Made by a program: the position numbers and the translations under genes | The notes under the pieces: generated by a model | Told to the model about the DNA's origin: nothing | What the model saw: only the letters and a program-made list of their open reading frames with translations | Database searches by the model: none | Part shown: piece after piece, positions 18,376-24,930 of the stretch | Numbering within the stretch: position 1 is the stretch's first letter | Layout: every line of letters begins with the position of its first letter | Assembly (NCBI GenBank): GCA_044229145.1 | Contig: JBGATO010000036.1 | Coordinates: 1-36,833 of the forward strand | DNA length: 36,833 bases | Reading direction: 5' to 3' | Origin: Candidatus Eiseniibacteriota bacterium | GTDB lineage: Bacteria; Eisenbacteria; RBG-16-71-46; CAZEPH01

Positions 18376-20424
18376 ATGCGCTCCCGGATTGCTAGTGCAC
18401 TTCTGCTCGGGATGGCGATCGCCGCGTTTGCGAGTCAAGCGCACGCGCGTGTGATCAACACCGATATTTATTGTATTCAGGACACCACCGACGCGGCCGG
18501 CTGGGGCTGCATCAAGGCAGGGCAGAAGGACACCGTCATCGTCGGTAACCTTCACCCGGTCGTGGTGACGGCCCTCGACACCAAGCCCAGCTCGTACGGT
18601 TTCTGGATTCAGGACCTTCGTGCCGTGAACTCCGCGACCGCGCCGAACAGCGGGTTGATGGTGTTCTCCAACCTCACCAACTTTGCGACGACGATCGGCC
18701 TCAAGGTCGGTGACAAGGTCGTCGTGAAGGGTATCTACAGCGAGTTCGTGCAGAGCGGTTTCAGCCTCACCGAAATCGACCGTCTCTCGAGCTCGAACCC
18801 GGAGTCGGTTGCGGTCATCGGGTCGGCCACGCTGCCGGCGCCGATTCTGCTCTCGACGCAGGACCTCGGTCCCACCGACGCCGCCACCGCTGAGAAGTGG
18901 GAAGGCGTGCTGATCAAGGTCGGGCCGGTCGTCCAGAACGACAACGGTGTCCCGGGCGGCCCGCCGACCGGTAACTTCAACGAGTTCTCGGTGTACGACC
19001 AGAGCCGCACGCCGATCGACACCATGCTCGTCGACGACAAGCTCGTCGCGCCGGACCCGGCGTGGGCCCCGGCTGGCACCATCTACAGCTCGATCACCGG
19101 TCCGTTCAACCAGGAGAACGGGACGTACAAGCTGATCCCGCGTGGCTTCTCGGACCTCGTCACCACCACGTATAACTTCCCGCAGAACGTGACGGCCGCC
19201 TACCCGATCGACACCGACAAGGTGAAGGTCGTGTTCGAGCAGCAAGTCGACCCGGTGACCGCGACCAACACCGCGAACTACTCGATGTCGACGTTCGAGA
19301 CGCCGACCGGCGTCGTCGTGAACCCGGACAACCAGAGCGTCACCGTGACTCTGAGCCCGGCGATGGCGAACGGCGTGGCGACCAGCATCACGATCAGCGG
19401 CGTGAAGACGGTGAGCGGCGGCAACATGTCGTCGCCGGCCACGCAGTCGTTCCTCGGTGGCGTGACCCCGATCACCCAGGTGCAGGCGATGAAGTCGGCC
19501 TCGAACGACTCGTCGCAGATCTCCGGCAAGCGCGTCTGCATCCGTGGTATCGCCACGGGTGGCAGCAGCGAGACCGAGTTCAACGGCACCGGTTACCTCG
19601 AGCTCTCGGCCGGTGGCCCGTTCTCCGGCGTCGCGGTCTTCGGTGCGCCGGTGGCCTTCAGCAAGGGTGACGACGTTACCGTCACCGGATTCGTGAACGA
19701 GTTCCAGCGCAAGACCGAGCTCAGCTCGGTGTCGTACGTGAACATCAACTCCACCGGCAATGCCGACCCGCCGGCCTCGCTCATCGCCCCGTCGGCGATC
19801 GCGGCGAAGGACTCGGCGAACACGCCGCTCAACAAGGCTGCCCTCAGCACTGCCGAGCAGTGGGAAGGTGTGCTCGTGACCGTCGGCCCGGCGGACATCT
19901 CGCTGGGCGCGGACACCCTCGGCTTCGGCCAGTGGTGGGCGTACACGGGCGTCGACAGCTGCTTGTTCGACGACAACAACGACACGTTCCACGGCTACCT
20001 GATGACGGACGGCCTGGTCCAGAACGCCACGGTCACCGGTGTCTGCGACTGGAGCTTCAACGTGTACCGCGTGATGCCGCGCGTCGACAGCGACATCGTG
20101 GCGCACACCTACACCGGCATCGGGATGCTCGAGGACGCGCTCGCGCACGGTCGCGTGGCGCTTGCCGCGGGTCCGAACCCGGCGCACGGCAAGGGCACGC
20201 TGCAGTTCACGCTGCCGGTGGGCGGCAATGTCGCCCTGCAGGTGTTCGACACGCGCGGGCGCTTGGTGCAGACGATCGCCGACGGCCGTTTCGAGCCGGG
20301 TCGCCACACGGCGACGTGGAACGGCCGTACCGCCGGTGGCGCCAAGGTCGGATCGGGTGTGTACCTGATTCGCCTCACGACGCCGATGGCGACGGTGAAC
20401 AAGCGGTTGGTGTGGGCGGACTAA
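18376..20424 (+). CDS. Secreted tandem OB-fold (YhcR/ExeM-like) protein with an Ig-like spacer and C-terminal FlgD-Ig CTD
   Basis: GGAG RBS, ATG 18376, signal peptide. Two modules of the form GF.(IQ)D...SG..VF....GD.V.V.G...EF...TE[IL], each followed by AE.WEGVL..V. CTD GPNP...LQVFDTRGRLVQTI...WNGR...SGVYLIRL. Confidence 0.85.
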   Translation: MRSRIASALLLGMAIAAFASQAHARVINTDIYCIQDTTDAAGWGCIKAGQKDTVIVGNLHPVVVTALDTKPSSYGFWIQDLRAVNSATAPNSGLMVFSNLTNFATTIGLKVGDKVVVKGIYSEFVQSGFSLTEIDRLSSSNPESVAVIGSATLPAPILLSTQDLGPTDAATAEKWEGVLIKVGPVVQNDNGVPGGPPTGNFNEFSVYDQSRTPIDTMLVDDKLVAPDPAWAPAGTIYSSITGPFNQENGTYKLIPRGFSDLVTTTYNFPQNVTAAYPIDTDKVKVVFEQQVDPVTATNTANYSMSTFETPTGVVVNPDNQSVTVTLSPAMANGVATSITISGVKTVSGGNMSSPATQSFLGGVTPITQVQAMKSASNDSSQISGKRVCIRGIATGGSSETEFNGTGYLELSAGGPFSGVAVFGAPVAFSKGDDVTVTGFVNEFQRKTELSSVSYVNINSTGNADPPASLIAPSAIAAKDSANTPLNKAALSTAEQWEGVLVTVGPADISLGADTLGFGQWWAYTGVDSCLFDDNNDTFHGYLMTDGLVQNATVTGVCDWSFNVYRVMPRVDSDIVAHTYTGIGMLEDALAHGRVALAAGPNPAHGKGTLQFTLPVGGNVALQVFDTRGRLVQTIADGRFEPGRHTATWNGRTAGGAKVGSGVYLIRLTTPMATVNKRLVWAD

Positions 20425-20467
20425 TTCCCGCCGCTCCTTCCTCTCGACAGTAGTTCCGTAGTCCCCG

Positions 20468-20500
20468 ACGGAACCGGCGTCCTGTTGGCGCCGGTTCCGT
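20468..20500 (+). terminator. Hairpin after the OB-fold gene
   Basis: ACGGAACCGGCGTC-CTGTT-GGCGCCGGTTCCGT, about 14-bp stem. Confidence 0.55.
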
Positions 20501-20596
20501 TGCATCATGCGGACTTTTCAGGTCCGCCCGTAGTAGGCATTGCCTCGAACGCCGCCGTCCCCACGCGGCCCGGGGCCATCGAAAGCGACGACAGCA

Positions 20597-21343
20597 ATGA
20601 AGAACATCTCGATGGTTGCGATCGCCAGTGTCCTTGCGTGCTCCGGCGCGCAAGCGGCCCGGGCGAATTCCACTCCCCAGGCGCTCCCGTTCTCCCAGGC
20701 GTGGACGGACACCACGCTGCTCGCGGTCAACAACGACTGGAGCACCGTCCCCGGCCTTATCGGCTACGCGGGCAATGGTCTGACCGCGACCACCGGAACC
20801 GACCCGCGGACGATCCTCGCGGACGGCACCAGTACCGCGGTCAACGTGCTGGCCAACCAGGCGGACCCCGCGACGACGCCAAGCGGCGGGCTTGCCGAAT
20901 TCCACCTTGCGGACCCAACCGTCGGAGTGCAGGGTTCTGGGGCGGCGTCGGCGCCGTTTCTGTTGATGAACCTCGACACCTCGAACAACTTCCTGATCCA
21001 TGTGCAGTACGACCTGCGCGACATCGAGGCCGGGAGCGACAACTCGGTCCAGCAGGTCGCCCTGCACTATCGTGTCGGCGCCGCCGGTCCGTGGACGAAC
21101 CTGCCGGCCGGCTACGTGGCAGACGCCACCACCGGCCCCGGGATCGCCACTAAAGTGACGCACATCGACGCCCTCCTCCCGGCGGCGTGCGAAAACCAAC
21201 CACTCGTGCAGATCCGGGTGATGTCCAGTAACGCGCCCGGCAGCGACGAGTGGGTCGGCATTGACAATATCGCGGTCACCGGTAACGCGGTGACTCCCAC
21301 ACGCCCCACGACTTGGGGTAGACTTAAGGCGAACTACCGCTAG
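20597..21343 (+). CDS. Secreted beta-rich protein, paralogue 1, with C-terminal TWGRLKANYR tail
   Basis: Signal peptide MKNISMVAIASVLACSGAQAARA; aligns almost end to end with 21480..22220. Confidence 0.85.
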   Translation: MKNISMVAIASVLACSGAQAARANSTPQALPFSQAWTDTTLLAVNNDWSTVPGLIGYAGNGLTATTGTDPRTILADGTSTAVNVLANQADPATTPSGGLAEFHLADPTVGVQGSGAASAPFLLMNLDTSNNFLIHVQYDLRDIEAGSDNSVQQVALHYRVGAAGPWTNLPAGYVADATTGPGIATKVTHIDALLPAACENQPLVQIRVMSSNAPGSDEWVGIDNIAVTGNAVTPTRPTTWGRLKANYR

Positions 21344-21370
21344 ATCGAGCCGATCGGCGATCGCCTCACC

Positions 21371-21396
21371 GGACGGGCGGCCCCCTCCGCCTGTCC
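21371..21396 (+). terminator. Hairpin between the two paralogues
   Basis: GGACGGGCGG-CCCCCT-CCGCCTGTCC. Confidence 0.35.
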
Positions 21397-21479
21397 CGAG
21401 CGTTCACGCGGGCACCGAAAGCCCGCAGGCGTGCGGACCGCCCCCAGACCGCGCGCGCAAATGAAGGAGAGAGTCCCTC

Positions 21480-22220
21480 ATGACGAAGTGCACGATCGCG
21501 CTGTCGGCGATCGCCTGCGTGGCCAGCGCATCCCTCGCGCTCGCCGACGCCGCGCCGCAGACTTTGCCGTACACGAATGCGTGGACCAACACCGGCCTCA
21601 TCACCACCGACGCCGACTGGTCACAAGTGCCAGGCTGCCAGGGATTCAACGGCAGCGGCCTCACCGCGCTCACGGGCACCGACCCGCAGACGCTGCTCGC
21701 CGACGGGACCAACACCGCGGTGAGTCTGTTCGCCAATAAGGCGGACGCCACGCTCACCTCCGGAGGCCTCGGCGAATTCGAACTCGCCGATCCGACGGTG
21801 GCGCTGGCGGGTTCGGGGGCGGCGTCCGCGCCCTTCCTGCTCGTCAATCTGAACACCACGGCGTTCTCGATGGTGCGGGTGCAGTACGACGCGCGCGACA
21901 TCGAGGCCACCGCCGACAACGCGGTGCAGAAGGTCGCGCTGCACTATCGCATCGGCAACACAGGAACCTGGACCAACGTGCCGGCGGCGTACATCGCCGA
22001 TGCCACCACGGGCCCGTCGCTTGCCACGCAAGTCACGCACGTCGACGTCATGTTGCCGGCAACCTGCGACAACCAGCCGCTGCTCCAGATCCGCGTGATG
22101 ACCAGCAACGCGGCCGGGAACGACGAGTGGGTGGGGATCGACAACATCTCGGTGACCGGCGAGGCCGCGACGGCGACCAAGCCGACGACGTGGGGCTCGC
22201 TCAAGCAGTTGTTCCGCTAG
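21480..22220 (+). CDS. Secreted beta-rich protein, paralogue 2, with C-terminal TWGSLKQLFR tail
   Basis: AAGGAG RBS; signal peptide; shares LADPTV..GSGAASAPFLL, VALHYR.G..G.WTN.PA.Y.ADATTGP and DEWVGIDNI with paralogue 1. Confidence 0.88.
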   Translation: MTKCTIALSAIACVASASLALADAAPQTLPYTNAWTNTGLITTDADWSQVPGCQGFNGSGLTALTGTDPQTLLADGTNTAVSLFANKADATLTSGGLGEFELADPTVALAGSGAASAPFLLVNLNTTAFSMVRVQYDARDIEATADNAVQKVALHYRIGNTGTWTNVPAAYIADATTGPSLATQVTHVDVMLPATCDNQPLLQIRVMTSNAAGNDEWVGIDNISVTGEAATATKPTTWGSLKQLFR

Positions 22221-22242
22221 AGCGATCCGTCGCATCGTGACG

Positions 22243-22271
22243 ACGGGAGGCACGCACGCCGTGCCTCCCGT
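22243..22271 (+). terminator. Intrinsic-terminator-like hairpin
   Basis: Perfect 12-bp stem ACGGGAGGCACG-CACGC-CGTGCCTCCCGT. Confidence 0.6.
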
Positions 22272-22298
22272 TCGCGCGTCGGCGCGGCGCCTTTCGGG

Positions 22299-22327
22299 TC
22301 GCCAAGCCCGGCGGCGCTCGCTATGCT
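22299..22327 (+). promoter_or_regulatory. Putative sigma70 promoter for a leaderless puuD mRNA
   Basis: TCGCCA, 17 nt, TATGCT; ATG 22335 lies 7 nt downstream with no SD. Confidence 0.45.
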
Positions 22328-22334
22328 GCGGCCC

Positions 22335-23522
22335 ATGACCTGGAACGATTGGGCAAATCTGCTGCTGCGCTGGACGCACTTGATCGCCGGCATCGCGTGG
22401 ATCGGGAGTTCGTTCTACTTCATCTGGCTCGACAAGAATCTCGAGAAGCCGGCCGCGCACAAGAGCGACGTCGAAGGCGAGTTGTGGATGGTGCACTCGG
22501 GCGGCTTCTACCTCGTCGAGCGCAAGCACATCGGGCCCGGCCGCATGCCGGAGACGCTGCACTGGTTCAAGTACGAGGCGCTGCTCACCGGTCTCACCGG
22601 GCTGGCGCTGCTCACCGTCGTCTACTATCTCACCGGCGGCATGTATCTCATCGACCCGAGTGTCTCGGCGTTGACGCCGGGACAGGCGAGCCTGCTCGGG
22701 ATCGGGACGATCGTGGTGGCGTGGCTCGTCTACGACGGGCTGTGGGTGTCGCCGCTGGCGCGCCACGCCGCGTTGGCCACTGCACTATCGCTCGCGCTCG
22801 CCGCCGGCGCGACGTTCCTGTTCTGCAAGACGCTGAGCGGCCGCGCCGCCTTCATCCACGTCGGCGCGATGTTCGGCTCGATCATGGTGGCGAACGTGTG
22901 GGCGCGCATCCTGCCGTCGCAGCAGCGCATGATCGACGCCACCGCCGCTGGCCGCGAGCCCGACTTCGCCGAGAGCGACAAGGCGAAGCGCCGCTCGGTC
23001 CACAACAGCTACATGACATTCCCGGTGTTGTTCATCATGGTGAGCAACCACTTTCCCGCAACCTACGGCTCGCAGTGGAATTGGGCGATCCTCGCGCTCT
23101 TGATCGTCGCGGGCGCGGCGGTGCGGCACGTGATGATCGCGAAGTCGTCGGCGCGTTGGTGGTCGTTGGCGCCGGCGACAGCCTGCCTCGGTGCGGTGGT
23201 GGCGCTCACTGCCACACGCCCCGCCGCGGCGCCGCTGCAGGCTGCTGCGCACGGCGACGCGCCGCCGTTCACGCAGGTGCGCGGCATCTTGGCGGCACGC
23301 TGTCAGGCTTGCCACAGCGCGCATCCCACCGATGACGCCTTCACCGTGGCGCCGGTCGGGGTGATGTTCGACGACCCCGCGGTCATCCAGAAGATGGCAC
23401 CGCGCATCTACGCGCGCGCCGTGCAGCTCAAGACGATGCCGTTGGCGAACAAGACCGGCATCACCGACGAGGAACGCGCCGTCCTCGGCCGCTGGGTCGA
23501 GGCCGGCGCGCCGCTCCGCTAA
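22335..23522 (+). CDS. puuD: Urate hydroxylase PuuD (membrane urate-oxidase domain plus cytochrome c)
   Basis: W.NLLLRWTHLIAGIAWIGSSFYFIWLD, GELWMVHSGGFY, LHWFKYEA, RSVHNSYMTFPVLFIMVSNHFP; C-terminal CQACH and MPLAN.TG.T..ER. Confidence 0.92.
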   Translation: MTWNDWANLLLRWTHLIAGIAWIGSSFYFIWLDKNLEKPAAHKSDVEGELWMVHSGGFYLVERKHIGPGRMPETLHWFKYEALLTGLTGLALLTVVYYLTGGMYLIDPSVSALTPGQASLLGIGTIVVAWLVYDGLWVSPLARHAALATALSLALAAGATFLFCKTLSGRAAFIHVGAMFGSIMVANVWARILPSQQRMIDATAAGREPDFAESDKAKRRSVHNSYMTFPVLFIMVSNHFPATYGSQWNWAILALLIVAGAAVRHVMIAKSSARWWSLAPATACLGAVVALTATRPAAAPLQAAAHGDAPPFTQVRGILAARCQACHSAHPTDDAFTVAPVGVMFDDPAVIQKMAPRIYARAVQLKTMPLANKTGITDEERAVLGRWVEAGAPLR

Positions 23523-24793
23523 CCCGCCACCACCCACCGCACGATCGCCCGCGTCGCGCCGGCATCCACGCGGCACACGTACACGCCGCGGGCCAGCGTC
23601 GTGCCATCGAGCGCCAGCGTACGCGGCCCGCTGCCCTGCGCGCGATCGCGCACCGTGAGCCGCGCCCGTCCGCGCGCGTCGAACACCGTGACCGTCACCG
23701 GCGTGAACGCGCGCAACGCGTACGTCAGCGTTGCCTGCCGGCGCCCGCGCGCGGTGACGAAGGGCCGCGACGCGAAGATGCCGTCTCCCGGCGCGACCCC
23801 GGCGCCGGTGGTCGGCACGTACACCGTGACCGGTTCGGAGATGGTGACGTGGCCGCCGCCCGGCCCGGTATCGCCGCCGGCGAGCGCGCCGTAGTAGGAC
23901 GGACCGAGCAGATACGGATACGCCGCCGTGCCGTTCTGATCGATCGCCAAATAGTAAGCGTAGGTGCCGAGCGGATACTCCGGCGTCACCGCGAAGCGCC
24001 CGTTGTAGCGATCGAGCGAGCCCAGGCCGTTCACGTACTCGTAGTCCTCGACGTAGTAGCCGAGCGGGTACTGCGTCGACACCGCCGGTCCGTACTGCGA
24101 TGGCGGCAATACGGTGCCGTCGGGCAGCGTGGTGCGCGTGCTGATCGACCGCAGATGATAGCTCGACGTCATCCGCACGAATGAGCCGGTGCCGTCGCTG
24201 TTCTCGTAGCCGTACGGGCCATACACCGGATAGCCGTCGAACGCGAAGCCGACCACCGGCGAATGCTGGTGCGAGTCGAACATGAACAAGCAGCGCGGGA
24301 TGATGTGGTGGTGATAGATGCCGCCGGGCGCCGGATGTCCGTAGCAGGTGTCGAATGACGCTGCCTCGACGTACGCCGCGTTTTGGTGCCAGATGTTCTG
24401 ATTGCGATACGACATCGCGTCGAGCGGATTGTAGATGGGCACGCCGTTGACGAAGACGCCGATCTGTCCGAGCGGTGTCGCGGTCTTGGTGCCGGATTTC
24501 ACCTGCGGCACGCGCGGTACTTTGAACACCCAATTCTGCGTCACCGGGACGTTGGGATTGCCGGGCCACGGCCCGATGCCGTACGCCGGAATGCCGGAGC
24601 ACGCGACGTAGACGCTGCTGTCGGAGTAGCTCACGGTCTGCACGTTGGCGGGCAGGCCGTTGTAGCCGGTGACGCCGCTGGTGTTGAGGAACCACGACCC
24701 GAGTTCGGCCGGGACGGCGTGGGCGAGCGAGGCAAAGCACACGGCCGCGAACGCGACCATCCAGGCGCACGAGCGCCGCAGTGAGTGGACCAC
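23519..24793 (-). CDS. Secreted YHYH-domain protein with a C-terminal FlgD-Ig/T9SS-like CTD
   Basis: GGAGGT RBS before GTG 24793; signal peptide ending SLAHA. IGVFVNGVPIYN, CYGHP..GGIYHHH, HSPVVGFAFDGYPVYGPYG, LDRYNGRFAVTPEYP.GTYAYY. Stop overlaps the puuD stop (convergent). Confidence 0.85.
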   Translation of the reverse strand: MVHSLRRSCAWMVAFAAVCFASLAHAVPAELGSWFLNTSGVTGYNGLPANVQTVSYSDSSVYVACSGIPAYGIGPWPGNPNVPVTQNWVFKVPRVPQVKSGTKTATPLGQIGVFVNGVPIYNPLDAMSYRNQNIWHQNAAYVEAASFDTCYGHPAPGGIYHHHIIPRCLFMFDSHQHSPVVGFAFDGYPVYGPYGYENSDGTGSFVRMTSSYHLRSISTRTTLPDGTVLPPSQYGPAVSTQYPLGYYVEDYEYVNGLGSLDRYNGRFAVTPEYPLGTYAYYLAIDQNGTAAYPYLLGPSYYGALAGGDTGPGGGHVTISEPVTVYVPTTGAGVAPGDGIFASRPFVTARGRRQATLTYALRAFTPVTVTVFDARGRARLTVRDRAQGSGPRTLALDGTTLARGVYVCRVDAGATRAIVRWVVAG

Positions 24794-24870
24794 GGGCGAG
24801 ACCTCCGAGGCGGGTGGGGATGTCCGATGCGGGGTGTCGGACCCCGCGCCCGCGGCCGAGGTTGAATGCA

Positions 24871-24906
24871 CGCGGGGCCGGCGCCTGTGACGGCACCGGC
24901 CCCGCG
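24871..24906 (-). terminator. Hairpin between the PLD and YHYH genes
   Basis: CGCGGGGCCGG...CCGGCCCCGCG inverted repeat about 25 nt past the PLD stop. Confidence 0.5.
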
Positions 24907-24930
24907 CTCTGGGGAGAGTCGCCGTGGGGA

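Noticed and set aside
20470..20496. GGAAC-N19-GTT ECF-like promoter
   Set aside because: Fully explained by the inverted repeat at this position.
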